Shown: positions 19,999 through 30,792 of the stretch, in pieces
How the letters are laid out: every line of letters starts with the position of its first letter
Position numbering within the stretch: the stretch's first letter is position 1
DNA from: Planctomycetota bacterium
Lineage (GTDB): Bacteria > Planctomycetota > UBA8108 > SXIK01
Assembly (NCBI GenBank): GCA_965223265.1
Contig: OZ244999.1
Coordinates: forward strand, 6,048,001 to 6,112,000
DNA length: 64,000 nucleotides
Direction of reading: 5' to 3'
The notes under the pieces: generated by a model
What the model saw: only the letters and a program-made list of their open reading frames with translations
The model's database searches: none
Told to the model about the DNA's origin: nothing
Program-made: the position numbers and the translations under genes

Positions 19999-21249
19999 GT
20001 GATCAGCTACGGAAAGCCTCAGCGCCTCGTCCGCCGTGGTCAACGAACTCGCTTCTTTTACGTGCGTCTCTACGACGAAACGACGGGAAGACAGTCCTGG
20101 GCAAGCACTCGCTGCGAGTCGCTCACCGCGGCTCGCGAGTGGGTCAAGACGAAGGCGCTCGCCGCGGCCCGCGGCGAAGATCCCAAGCGACCGCCAGCGG
20201 AGAACCCCGCCTTCTCCGACGCATGCGAACTGTGGCTTGAAGAGAAGGAGGTCACGGTCTCGCAGCAGCACCACGCGCATTTGCGTTACCTGGCGCGAGC
20301 CTTTTGGCTGCCGACGTTCGGTCGGAGATCGCTCAGTTCGCTAGAGTCGACGGACGTCACTAAATACCTTCGGAAACGAAAAGCAGGAATTCTCTCCGCC
20401 TCTGGACGCCCACTCTCCGCAACGTCAGTGAACCAAGACCGCAAGGATCTCAGGGTCTTCTTCAATTGGTGTATGAGGCGCGATTGGATCGCAAGGAGTC
20501 CCGTCGATGGCACGGAGAAGTACAGCGGTGAAATCAGACGCAGGACCCGGTACCTTTCGGTCGCTGAACAAGAACGCCTCCTCGAAGCATGTCGTAGTCC
20601 TTCCGCCATCATTGTTCGCGCGCAACGAAACGCCGGAGGCCGGCGAGGCGGAAAGACTTCCGATCGCAAGTCGACCTTCACTCAGACCGTAGCACCACCT
20701 GATTGGCTCTACCCTCTCGTCCTGACGGCTCTCTACTGTGGCTTTCGGGAAAAGACGCTTCTGTCGCTTCAGTGGTGTGACATCGACGAAACAGAGCGGC
20801 AGTGGCTCATCCCAGGCGGCAAGATGAAGAGTCGACGCTCGTACTCGGCTCCGATCCCAAGGAGGGTCTTCGACGAACTTCTACGCTACAAACAAAGCGC
20901 CGCCGCCGAAGTAGTCGAGCGCGGCCAAAGCCCCGCCGCCCGGCTATCATCTGACGCGACTGTTTTTGGACTCAGCCTCAACTCGTCAGTGCGTCGCCCC
21001 TTCCTGGCTGCGTGTGCACGCGCCGGGCTCAAGTTGACGTTCCACAGTCTACGCGGGTGTTTCCTGAACCGCTGCGCCGAGCTCGAAATCCCAATCGAGA
21101 CCGCGATGCGCTTGAGTGATCACGTCAGTCTCGATGTCGTCCTCAAGCATTACCGCGAAGTGAGACCGAGCGAACTTGCCGAGGCCATCGCACGGTTCGA
21201 CGGTGACACGACGGAGCGGACCGAGCGCAGGAGTCGTAAACTTGAATGA
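19999..21249 (+). CDS. tyrosine integrase/recombinase
   Basis: ALYCGFRE (R), MKS (K), FHSLR, SDH, LKHY; SAM-like middle domain (LSATSVN...LRVFFNW). Confidence 0.9.
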   Translation: MISYGKPQRLVRRGQRTRFFYVRLYDETTGRQSWASTRCESLTAAREWVKTKALAAARGEDPKRPPAENPAFSDACELWLEEKEVTVSQQHHAHLRYLARAFWLPTFGRRSLSSLESTDVTKYLRKRKAGILSASGRPLSATSVNQDRKDLRVFFNWCMRRDWIARSPVDGTEKYSGEIRRRTRYLSVAEQERLLEACRSPSAIIVRAQRNAGGRRGGKTSDRKSTFTQTVAPPDWLYPLVLTALYCGFREKTLLSLQWCDIDETERQWLIPGGKMKSRRSYSAPIPRRVFDELLRYKQSAAAEVVERGQSPAARLSSDATVFGLSLNSSVRRPFLAACARAGLKLTFHSLRGCFLNRCAELEIPIETAMRLSDHVSLDVVLKHYREVRPSELAEAIARFDGDTTERTERRSRKLE

Positions 21250-21282
21250 CAAGCACTAGACTCATGACCGCCGCCTCGGTGG

Positions 21283-22666
21283 GAGAAACTGTCGAATGTT
21301 GTGGCCTGAGAATCAGGCGGCGTCCTTCTCTTGCATGATTCCATCGACAAAGTTGTAGCCCTCGAGAATCTTCGAGAGCAGAGGCGGGGAGTTCAATCGT
21401 CGCCAGCTTTTCTCCGCGGCACGTGCGAGCTTGAAGACCATCGCGAGACACGCTGCACGTGTTCCACTTCCCTTCGTACGTCGGTGACGGAGACGCACGG
21501 TGGCGAACATGGATTCGATCGGGTTTGTCGTCCGTAGGTGGATCCAATGCTCCGCGGGGAAGTCGTAGAAGGCCAGGAGCACGTCGCGGTCTTTCTCCAG
21601 GCAGTCGACAGCGCCTGGGAACTTCGCCTTGTACTTTTCGATGAAGAGGTCGAAGGCTTTTCCTGCGTCGTCTCGCGTCTCGGCCATCCAAATGTCGTGG
21701 ATGTTCCCCTTGGCTTTGGCCTGTGCCGATCGTGGGAGCTTGTTCAGCACGTTGGCCGTTTTGTGCACCCAACATCGTTGCTCTCGCGTCGTTGGAAAAG
21801 ACCTTCCTAAGGGCTGCCCAAAACCCAAGCGCTCCGTCTCCGACGGCGACCTTCGGCGCTCCCTGCAGCCCTCTGGCCTTCAGGTCCAACAGGAGCTCCC
21901 TCCAGTTCTGCTCACTTTCTCGGTAACCGTCGAGAATCCCGATCAGTTCTTTGCGGCCATCGCTCGTAGCTCCCATGAGAACAAGGATGCATTGCCTCTC
22001 CTCGTCCAGGCGGACGTTGAAGTACACGCCGTCAGCCCAGAAGTAGACATACGTCTTTTCAGAAAGATCACGACGACTCCACGTCTCGTATTCCGTCTTC
22101 CAAGTCTCGGTGAGGCGCGTCACGACGTTCGCTGAGAGATTCTTTGCTTCAGGGCCGACGAGCGCCTCGAGTGCTCGTGAGAAATCTCCACTGGAGATTC
22201 CACGCAGATAGAGCCACGGGATCAACTCGTCGAGATTCTTGCAGCGACGAAGATATGGAGGGAGGATCGACGAGCTGAACCGGATCTTCTCGTCGGCCGC
22301 GAGCTCTCGACGATCTCTGGCACGTGGCTGCTCCAGCGACAGAGTCCCAGCGCCGGTGAGGAGCTCTCGCTCGGGAAGGTGGCCGTTCCTGACGATCTGT
22401 CGCCGGCCTTCTTCATCGACGATTCCCGAATGCTGCTCCAGGAAGGCTTCGATCTCCGTCTCGAGGGCCGCTTGCAGCATCTTCTGCGCTCCGTCCCGAA
22501 CGATTTCGTCCAGCCCTACGCGAGGCTCGCTATCGGTCTGCCGACTTGGTACGTTCTTCTTCAAGGCGTATCCTTTCCGCCCTTTCGGGCGTGTTTCTTG
22601 TTTGGTCACAAGAAAGGATACGCCCCTTTCGTTTACTCGTCAGGCCACAACTTTCGAGAATATCCC
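21283..22666 (-). mobile_element. IS256-family element with 9-bp TSD
   Basis: Imperfect 27-bp TIRs (..TCGAAnGTTGTGGCCTGA); TSD CCTCGGTGG at 21274-21282 and 22667-22675. Confidence 0.95.
21313..22609 (-). pseudogene. IS256 transposase, frameshifted
   Basis: YFWADGVY, GDGALGFW, QRCWVHK, RTTNPIES; one extra base in the A-run at 21796-21799 compared with the second copy. Confidence 0.9.
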
Positions 22667-23357
22667 CCTCGGTGGTCGCACCTGCCTGAGGGCATGGTCG
22701 CATCATGGCAGCGTCGTCAGCCGTTCGACCGGTTGGGAAGCACAGGTAGGAGCGCCAGATCTATCTGGGACCGCGCGCCCAGGATCTGACCCGCAGCTTC
22801 CTCGCCGACCTACCGCTCGCGGCGCGGCTCTTTTGCTGCTTTCACCCCGGGAGGCCGGGGCAAAGAGGGTCCATAGCGAGACACGTGAAGCGAAAGCTTT
22901 CTTGGCTCGCCGCGTCCCCTCACGGCTGGCCGCTGCCCTGCGCGCCATTCGCACATTCCTCCGATGGATTTCGCCGAGAAAGAATACCCATCGTCTCTGT
23001 AATCAGCCAGGATCGAACGATCAAACATCACCCCAGGCGGCATGGCCGGCGGGGTATAATTGGCAAATCTGGACGCGGGGTAGCGAGAGTCCGGAGTGCG
23101 TAGTGAGTGGGCGGAGCCTCCTTGATCGCCGAATAGTGTCCTCTTTCGATCACCGTTGACGGGTGTTCACAGTCTGCCGGTCCGCACCTATCCTTTCTCC
23201 TCGTTGCCCCGACCATTCTTCTTTTTCAAGGCACTGGAGAATCGCTCAGCAACAGTCGAGCTGACTTCAGAAGTCGCCACAAGACACTATAGAGCCTGGT
23301 GCCGAAACACTTGATTCCCGTTCCGTTCTGATAACAATGAGGGTGGATAACTTTTTA

Positions 23358-25045
23358 GTTCCTGTTGCGGAAAGCGATGGACGACGGACTCCTGTTGAGG
23401 ATTCGGGCGTCATCTGAACGCATCGAGTAATGCTTGCAAAAAAGAAGCGCATTCATATTCTCCAAGGTTGCAACCCGAAAGGAGGAAGAGAATGCGCTTG
23501 AAATCTGATCCGCAGCAGTATTTCCACTGGTCGACAGCATCGACGTCGAAGATCGTACGGGAGTACGAAGAGAAGTACAACAAGATCAGCGAGATTCTCG
23601 ATCGGAACCCGGAGATCCTCACCCTCGCCGCTCGAGATCTCGGAAAGCTCTCGACGGGGAGGCGGAAGGGGCGGAAGGCGACGTTTACCGCGGAGAATCT
23701 CCTGCGGGCGCTCGTCGTCCATCAGATCGAAGGCACCGCGTTTCGGGGAACGGTGATCCGACTGGCTCACAACTCTTTCTTGCAAGACTTTTTGCGACTC
23801 GGCACACGACCGGTGATGGATCATTCGCTTCTCTGTCGGGCTTTTGGCGCTATCGGCCCGGCGACGTGGGGAAAGATCAACGACGCCCTTCGTGAATATG
23901 CGCTCGGCGAGGAGCGGATTTCTCCCGAGACGCTCCGGGTTGACACAACCGTCGTCGAATCGAACATCCATTGGCCGACGGACTCGTCGCTTCTTTGGGA
24001 CGGCTGGAGAACGCTCTATCGCCTGCTCAGGAAAGTCTCAACGCACGAGCCGGGGCTGGTCGACAGCCGTTTCCACCAGCGCAAGGTGAAGAAGCTCCAT
24101 CTCTTCGTGACGCGCTATTCGACGAGTTCGAGCAAGAAGCGTCAGAGACAGGTGAGGCGATCGCAGAAGAAACTCCTTTCGCACCTAGAACGAATCCTGC
24201 GGTTTTCTCGGGTTTTCAGTCAAGAGGCGAGAGAGCTCGCCGACGTATGGATCTGCGCGATCGGGCTCGAGATCGAGTCGTATCTCCCAAAGATCGAAAA
24301 GGCACTACGAGTTGCGAAGCGAGCGTGGATCGACAGGGAGGTCGTACCGGCGAAGGAGAGAATATTCAGCATCTTCGAGCATCACACAGAGCTGATCAAG
24401 CGGGGCCGACGTCACAAGCCAGTGGAGTTCGGCCACATGGTCCTTCTCGGCCAGACGAACGAGAAGTTCATCACGCAGTACGACGTGATGCGAAAGAAGA
24501 TTCCGGACTCGAAGCTTCCTGAGGACATTCTCAAGCGCCATGAGAAGGTTTTCGGTGAGCCCCCCAAGACGCTTGTGGCCGACAAGGGATTTTGTGGCGA
24601 TCGTGAGGCGATGAACAAGCTGCGCGAAAAGGTGAAGGTGCTCGCAATTCCCCAGCGCCTCAAAGATTTCGCCGACGAGGCGTTCGTCGCGCTGCAGCAT
24701 TTTCGAGCTGGCATCGAAGGCTCGATCTCGGTCTTAAAACGCGCGTTTGGGCTCCTTCGGTCGCAGTATCGAGGATTTAGGAATTTCGAAAGCCACGTGG
24801 CGCTCGGCGTCTTTTGCCACAACCTTGTACTTCTAACAGGTCCGCCTGGAAAGTGAGCTCACCGAGATAGATTCGACTGCCAAGAAAACAACGAAGGAAA
24901 GGGATGGTCGCTCCAGATTTCCTCGACTCGACTATACTTCACGCGATCGGCTTGACGATCGCGTCACTCGAGGTCCTGGCGGCAGTGCACGAGGATCGAG
25001 CAGACCGGTCGAAGGTGGCTGATGCGTGCGAGTTTCAACAGGAAC
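23358..25045 (+). mobile_element. ISNCY/IS5-like element
   Basis: TIRs GTTCCTGTTG...CAACAGGAAC, each flanked by TA. Confidence 0.8.
23468..24856 (+). CDS. DDE transposase (ISNCY/IS5-like)
   Basis: RVDTTVVESNIHWPTDS, SIFEHHT, VEFG, ADKGF, RAGIEGSISVLKR; likely start ATG ~23492. Confidence 0.9.
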   Translation: MQPERRKRMRLKSDPQQYFHWSTASTSKIVREYEEKYNKISEILDRNPEILTLAARDLGKLSTGRRKGRKATFTAENLLRALVVHQIEGTAFRGTVIRLAHNSFLQDFLRLGTRPVMDHSLLCRAFGAIGPATWGKINDALREYALGEERISPETLRVDTTVVESNIHWPTDSSLLWDGWRTLYRLLRKVSTHEPGLVDSRFHQRKVKKLHLFVTRYSTSSSKKRQRQVRRSQKKLLSHLERILRFSRVFSQEARELADVWICAIGLEIESYLPKIEKALRVAKRAWIDREVVPAKERIFSIFEHHTELIKRGRRHKPVEFGHMVLLGQTNEKFITQYDVMRKKIPDSKLPEDILKRHEKVFGEPPKTLVADKGFCGDREAMNKLREKVKVLAIPQRLKDFADEAFVALQHFRAGIEGSISVLKRAFGLLRSQYRGFRNFESHVALGVFCHNLVLLTGPPGK

Positions 25046-25852
25046 TAATGAGTCTCGGGCTAGGTCGTCAAGTGTTTTTGGATCGTAAGGGACAACAGTG
25101 GGGCCTAAACGAGAACGAGAGTGTGAATGAGCAAAGAGGAAAAAGCGAGAGCGTCTATCTCGCGCGCGCGTTCGACGGTCAGTGGAGAGCGAGCCACAGT
25201 TTCTGGAGTGTGTTTCGTCATTCGAGCCGCATCGGTGAGATTAGTCAGTCGTGCGTACATGTCGTGTGAGTAGCGTTCTTTCCACAGTCCAGAAACCATG
25301 ATCGTCGCGAGGCACCTCTCGCAGACTTTTGGGAGCAAACGCAGGTGCCGGTCTACCTCATCGAGAATCCTCGCTGTGTGTTCATTCGAATTCCAAAGAC
25401 GGGAAGCACTTCAATCATCCGCGGCCCCTTCGACAACGCCGTCAAGGGGAAAGCGTTTGGTAAGATCCCGCAGGAATGGCGAAAAGAGAAGTCCTTCGCC
25501 TTTGTTCGAAATCCTTTCGATCGACTGGTTTCTGCTTGGTTCATGTTCAAATCGTTTCCGGCGCGTACAGAACACGAGCAAAATTTGCAAAAACATTTGA
25601 CGATCGCAAAACTTATCGAAATAGTCACAGACGACAGGATTAGTCTGATAGGTGATGACTTTCTGGCGAAACTCCGTCGTCACTCGATTCCACTAACGCA
25701 CCCGTTTAATTGTCTCTCGCGTGCTTCGTTGATCGGACGATTTGAAAATTTCGAGGAAGACCTTCGATGGATCGGGAATCAGCTGGGGGTTGTGGATCTT
25801 CGAGCCCCACATCTCCGGAGAATCCCAAGAGGGCACTACAGTAAGTACTTTA

Positions 25853-27263
25853 GGCTCTCCTAAAGTCTGAGTGGGCGACCTGACGGGGCCATTGAGCGTC
25901 AAGAGCTGACGCTTTGCGGCCGCTGGGCCGCCCACCCCTGCCCCTTGGAGGTGGAAACGCGCACGAAGTTCCTGCTTTTCTGTGGTTTTCCACGACTACA
26001 GGAGGCAAGAACCCGTGCGCGTTACCACCGTATTCCGAAAGCTTCTCGGTGTCACCAAGCTGCTCGTCAAGAACGTCGACTTTGCATTCGATGGCCTCGT
26101 GGTTCATGTTCGCCCCCGCTGGCGCTTGCCACGCTGCAGCCACTGCAGCAAACAGGCGCCCGGCTATGACAGGAAGCCAGCGCGCAAGTGGCGGCACCTC
26201 GCACTCGGGCGCTACTCAATCTGGCTCTCCTACGCGCCACAGCGCGTTGATTGCCCTCGCTGTGGCGTGCGTGTCGAGCAAGTGCCGTGGGCGACGCCCC
26301 AAAGCCGCTTCACCCGCGACTTCGAGGAGATGGTCGCCTACCTGGCGCAAGGCACCGACAAGACGAAGGTCGCCAAGCTGATGGGAATCTCGTGGGTTAC
26401 GGTAGGGTCAATCGTCGAGCGTATCGTGGACGCGCGACTCGATCCCGAGCGTCTCGAGGATCTGCGTCGCATCGGAGTCGACGAGTTCAGCTACCGAAAG
26501 AGGCATCGGTACCTGACGATAGTTGTCGACCACGATCGTGGACGGGTGATCTGGGCTGGTGAGGGCCGAAGCGCTGAGGTCCTCGAAGGTTTCTTCGGAG
26601 GGGTGCTGGGCATCGACCGTTGCTTCAACATCAAAGAGGTGACGATCGACATGGCGGGCGGCTACATCAAGGCCATCGAGAACTGGCTTCACCAAGCGGA
26701 CATCGTCTTCGATCGCTTCCATGTCCAACGGCTCGCCTCAGACGCTGTCGACGAAGTACGGCGTTCCATGGTCCGCGAAATCGAGGATCCTGAGGAGGCG
26801 AAGGCGATCAAGCGAAGTCGCTTCGCTCTTCTGAAAAATCCTTGGGATCTCACGACGTCGCAGCAGATGAAACTGAGCGAGGTGCAGAGCAGAAACAAAC
26901 GCCTCTACCGCGCCTATCTTCTCAAGGAGACGCTCGCGGACGCGCTCAACTACTTGCAACCGAAGAGGGCAGAGCGTGCCTTGAGAGACTGGCTGGCGTG
27001 GGCCTCACGTTCGAAGCTGAAACCCTTCGTCAAGGTTTCACGGACGATACGCCAGCACTTTGACGGCGTCGTCGCGTACGTCAGGACGCGCCTGACCAAC
27101 GGCCTCGTCGAGGGACTCAACAACAAGCTGCGCATGATCGCCCGGCGCGCCTTCGGTTTTCACAGCGCCTCCGCCTTGATCGCGATGCTCTTTCTCAACA
27201 GCGGCGGTATCCAACTTGACCCTCCGTTACCCGGAGTCGACCCACTCGAACTTTAGGAGACTG
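25853..27263 (+). mobile_element. ISL3-family element with 8-bp TSD
   Basis: TIRs GGCTCTCCTAAAGT / ACTTTAGGAGACTG; TSD GTACTTTA at 25845-25852 and 27264-27271. Confidence 0.95.
25982..27256 (+). CDS. ISL3 transposase
   Basis: CxxC zinc finger, IGVDE, TIDM, FDRFH, TNGLVEGLNNK..RRAFGF. Confidence 0.95.
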   Translation: MVFHDYRRQEPVRVTTVFRKLLGVTKLLVKNVDFAFDGLVVHVRPRWRLPRCSHCSKQAPGYDRKPARKWRHLALGRYSIWLSYAPQRVDCPRCGVRVEQVPWATPQSRFTRDFEEMVAYLAQGTDKTKVAKLMGISWVTVGSIVERIVDARLDPERLEDLRRIGVDEFSYRKRHRYLTIVVDHDRGRVIWAGEGRSAEVLEGFFGGVLGIDRCFNIKEVTIDMAGGYIKAIENWLHQADIVFDRFHVQRLASDAVDEVRRSMVREIEDPEEAKAIKRSRFALLKNPWDLTTSQQMKLSEVQSRNKRLYRAYLLKETLADALNYLQPKRAERALRDWLAWASRSKLKPFVKVSRTIRQHFDGVVAYVRTRLTNGLVEGLNNKLRMIARRAFGFHSASALIAMLFLNSGGIQLDPPLPGVDPLEL

Positions 27264-27510
27264 GTACTTTAGCACTCCTTGCCGCCGGCAAGTGGAGGTC
27301 GTCTTTCGCGAGGATCTCGATAGGTTTGCCTACAGGTTCGAGCACGAGGGATAGTCTCAGTGTCGTACAATAGACCCAAAGTGGTTTTGAATATCAGTTG
27401 CGTTCCGTTCTCCTCAACTTACTTGTTTCCTCAACTTACTTGGGCGCGATCGGGTCCTGGATGGTCGCAAGCAGGTTGAAAAAATGTACGCACCGCCTGG
27501 TCGACAACTT

Positions 27511-28344
27511 TCAGACGTTGAGTCCCGCCCAACGCGGGGCCGGTTGCATCTCCATCCAATCGAAGAGTCGTTCGTAAACACTCCTGTTGCGTAGCGCCCA
27601 CTTTTCGATCACCAGAACCTCGTCGCTGTTACAGGCGATTGGTATCTCGGTCCCCGCCCATCGGAGTAGGCCTGAGATTTTGTGTGTATTGTGGACGTAC
27701 GGGACAAACGGAGTTCGCGCTTTACAGGCTGCGTAGACACCATGATGACGTCCTGTGATGTACATTCGAGCTGTCCTGAGACTGTTGACAATACGCGACC
27801 AGCTTTGGTTCAGCGAACACCTCGGAAGATCTCTAAACACTTTCGAGTCAAGATCTCGAGTAATGAAGAAATCCCCGAAGGCTGTTTCTCCATTGAAATC
27901 AGTATAGTCGGAGAATTGGTTGATATCTGCGAAAAACGAAAGATCCAAAAAAGCAGATGCAGAGACTCGGTGGATTTCCTTCAGTTCTTTTTGGCTAATA
28001 ATTTCCCGTACGGATACAAGGTCGGTCGAAAGAAGGGTTTCGTCATAATCCCGCGTCATGGCCTGCCAGGTCGTATTGACGAGAAACGTCTTTTTTATTG
28101 ATTTCTGTGCGAGGCTCAAAACGTCTAGCAAGAATAGAGAATACGGACGGGAGTGATGAATGGATCCTTCACCATTGATCACAACTGCGTCACATTCTTG
28201 AAAGAATTGTTGATCAAAGGTATACGAGTTGACGGTGTGGGTCGACAGGATGTCGTGCTCTTCAAGGAGCTCCCGAAGGGTTTGCGTTACCGCAGCGCAG
28301 CCCCCATGGATTCTTGAGTTGTCATTAAAGAGGTGCAGTCTCAC
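27511..28344 (-). CDS. polysaccharide pyruvyl transferase family protein
   Basis: HGGC, VVINGEGSIHH, VSVRE, DLSF, TGRHHG. Confidence 0.8.
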   Translation of the reverse strand: MRLHLFNDNSRIHGGCAAVTQTLRELLEEHDILSTHTVNSYTFDQQFFQECDAVVINGEGSIHHSRPYSLFLLDVLSLAQKSIKKTFLVNTTWQAMTRDYDETLLSTDLVSVREIISQKELKEIHRVSASAFLDLSFFADINQFSDYTDFNGETAFGDFFITRDLDSKVFRDLPRCSLNQSWSRIVNSLRTARMYITGRHHGVYAACKARTPFVPYVHNTHKISGLLRWAGTEIPIACNSDEVLVIEKWALRNRSVYERLFDWMEMQPAPRWAGLNV

Positions 28345-28537
28345 AGGGGTCTCGAGTAGCCAAAGGGGGCGGTGTGTTGACGATAACTGGCCAGGCGCAA
28401 CTCTTTCGACTAAGAAATCAATCTACAATTGATGTTTCTGGAGGATCTCAATCGAACGTGAGCAAGGGGCTACACTCAGGAGAATGTCAGGAGTTGCAAA
28501 GAACTTGGACATGGGTTCTGCATGATGGGGTAGAAAT

Positions 28538-29938
28538 CTACATGTCTGGTTTTTCACAATAGAAGATATATTCGGAGTGTATTCCTTCTCGAAAAACTAT
28601 ATCCTCTATAACAATGTGGAATTTCGCCTTATGTAACAAGTTGTCCCAGTTCTTCATGGGCATGACGAATAGATGGGATTCTCCGTAAATGAGAGTTGTT
28701 TCGTGTGTCGGAACAATCAAGCAGAATTTTCCGCATGGTTTCAATATTCTGAACGCTTCGCATATTCCCATCCAAGGACTGATTAGGTGTTCAAACGTTT
28801 GACGGCTCCACACAAGATCGTAAACACAGTCGTTTACAGGTATGTTGCATGCGTCGGCGTTGATCGTTGAGAGGATCCGGTTGTTTGCACGAATTTTTTT
28901 CAAGTCTCTCGCGTCCACTGACATTCCGGTTACGTTCTCCCAGCCGTCCGCCGCGAGTTGGCTGCAGAACCACATTCCCCCGCAGCCAATATCCAATATT
29001 TTTGAATGTTTTGGGATTTCTTGAGATATTCGGCTCCAATCCTCCATTGCTATTTCTCGTTGCCGAATCTCAGTTGCGGAGAATAAATTCATATGAGACT
29101 CGCATTCCCTCCGCCTCGACTGTTCCCACTTGTTTTGTACGGTGTGGAGGTTGTGACTATCGTTGGATGTTTCCGGTTGGTGCGAGAGGGAAACAGTGTG
29201 GAGCTGGGTGTTGGGAGTTTGTGTGCGTTTCTGACAGGCCCAATAGGAGGGGTGGTTTGCGATGTCCTGGAGCTGTACAAATTCGAGTTTCATTGTGGTT
29301 CCGAGATCCTTTAGATAGCGGCGGACTTGTAGAAAGTTAGATTCTGTCCAATTGTTAGAATGCCCAGGACCCGCTATGTGTGAGTGCAGAATCAAAGGGT
29401 TTTGCCCCGCATAGTCTAATTCTTCAATCGAGTAATGATACTGTAGGCGAGGTGTGGTTGAGTGTGTAATCGTTTGCTGTAGAACTGGATGATCTGCAAT
29501 GTATTGAAAATACCGTGACGCAATTGGGTATAGATCGGCTCGTGTTCCCCAACCTGGCCATCTGAAGCCCGCTGCGCGATGCCCAAAATGGTCCCATGCA
29601 TTGATTACTAGTCGCATGCGCTCATCAGCTTCGGAGGTGGAAAGATTAGAAAATTCTCGGGGGTCTGACGGGGCATTGTCGCATCGATGGTAGTGTCCAT
29701 GCGCGGCGACTTCGAAATGAGGATTCTCCAGGAGCCTTCTTGTCCACTCTTCATTCTGAAGGATATCGTACGATCCGTGCCAGTTGGTCGGGACGAACAA
29801 CGTGAACTGGCATCCTAGTTCTTCGGCGAGTTGGTACAAGTAGCTCATCGAGCCATCCTGTAGCATGCCAGATCCGCTTTCGGGGCGAATGTCGTCCACG
29901 CAGATTGCTATTCGGATTACTGGGCTCTCGATGTTCAT
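28538..29938 (-). CDS. polysaccharide-deacetylase-like (NodB/DUF2334) domain fused to a SAM methyltransferase
   Basis: N-term CVDD, AHGHYH, GFRWPGW, HSH; C-term ILDIGCG, FEHL, RILKPCG. Confidence 0.75.
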   Translation of the reverse strand: MNIESPVIRIAICVDDIRPESGSGMLQDGSMSYLYQLAEELGCQFTLFVPTNWHGSYDILQNEEWTRRLLENPHFEVAAHGHYHRCDNAPSDPREFSNLSTSEADERMRLVINAWDHFGHRAAGFRWPGWGTRADLYPIASRYFQYIADHPVLQQTITHSTTPRLQYHYSIEELDYAGQNPLILHSHIAGPGHSNNWTESNFLQVRRYLKDLGTTMKLEFVQLQDIANHPSYWACQKRTQTPNTQLHTVSLSHQPETSNDSHNLHTVQNKWEQSRRRECESHMNLFSATEIRQREIAMEDWSRISQEIPKHSKILDIGCGGMWFCSQLAADGWENVTGMSVDARDLKKIRANNRILSTINADACNIPVNDCVYDLVWSRQTFEHLISPWMGICEAFRILKPCGKFCLIVPTHETTLIYGESHLFVMPMKNWDNLLHKAKFHIVIEDIVFREGIHSEYIFYCEKPDM

Positions 29939-30019
29939 GCAAAGGTCACTCTCACGACCTTCCGGGAGGGTGTCATTGAGTCAGGTGACAGCGGATGATT
30001 CCGCCATGGTTCAACGTCG

Positions 30020-30682
30020 TTAGTCGATGAAGTTTCTGAACTGTGAGAAGGGTGAGCACTCCGGACTCCTTTCAAAGAAGAAGACAGAAGCAATGTTTTC
30101 TCGCACGCAGTGCATCTGAGAATGTTCGTGAAGGTATTCAAGCGTTTTTGGAGTGCTTGAGATGTCGTCGATAATGATCATTGAATGGTCGCTTAGAATC
30201 GGTTCCACCGACTTCAGCAGAGGGAGGGTATATCCATCAAAGTGCACAGAATCTTCGAGAAACATATCGACGGTATCGAACACGAGGTGATTCTGTAGGT
30301 AATCGACGTCTGAAGATAGCTGCTCTACCGTTTCACGGCAGTCTCTCTGGATCCATTGAAAATAGGCCCCAGCATCGGATCGCTCGAAGTCTTGCATTAG
30401 AGATGACTTGTAAGTGTGGTCCCCGCTTTGTACCATAAACGTCTTACCGTCCTCATCGGCTATTTCCAGTGGAGGCGTTGCAAGGTCGATGGTTGTTAGG
30501 TATGCTGTGCTCTTGCGGCAATATTCGAGAAACATTTTTGTAGAGAGCCCGCCTCCACATTCGAGAATCTGTCGAGGTCGAAGAATGTTTGTCGCTTCTT
30601 GCAGAAAACGTCGGTCTTGAAAGATCCCAGTGTTCGGAACTTTTATGTGTTTAAGGTCTTTGGGGCTGCGGGACGACTTCAT
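30020..30682 (-). CDS. class I SAM methyltransferase (Methyltransf_24-like)
   Basis: ILECGGGLST, TTID, DMFLEDSVH, IIIDD. Confidence 0.7.
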   Translation of the reverse strand: MKSSRSPKDLKHIKVPNTGIFQDRRFLQEATNILRPRQILECGGGLSTKMFLEYCRKSTAYLTTIDLATPPLEIADEDGKTFMVQSGDHTYKSSLMQDFERSDAGAYFQWIQRDCRETVEQLSSDVDYLQNHLVFDTVDMFLEDSVHFDGYTLPLLKSVEPILSDHSMIIIDDISSTPKTLEYLHEHSQMHCVRENIASVFFFERSPECSPFSQFRNFID

Positions 30683-30792
30683 GATTTAAACCCTCGAGCG
30701 GGCTTTTGCCGTTCGCGATTGTGGTTCACGGGTGTCATGGGTGAATGGCCGTTAGTGTTGAACGTGGACGCATGACCTTTAGGGGAAGAGGC

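Larger units (their letters stand above)
25345..27354 (+). pseudogene. sulfotransferase (Sulfotransfer_2 type) interrupted by ISL3
   Basis: FIRIPKTGSTS, FAFVRNPFDRLVS, IGRFE; removing the IS plus one TSD copy restores HYSKYF-STPCRRQVEVVFREDLDRFAYRFEHEG*. Confidence 0.85.

Noticed and set aside
23200-23225. CCCCGACCA followed by a T-rich run, a possible second tRNA-Pro att
   Set aside because: Only about 9 bp match, no T-arm, and opposite orientation to the att fragment.
27411-27442. Tandem repeat TCCTCAACTTACTTG x2
   Set aside because: Two copies only, intergenic; most likely a slippage duplication.
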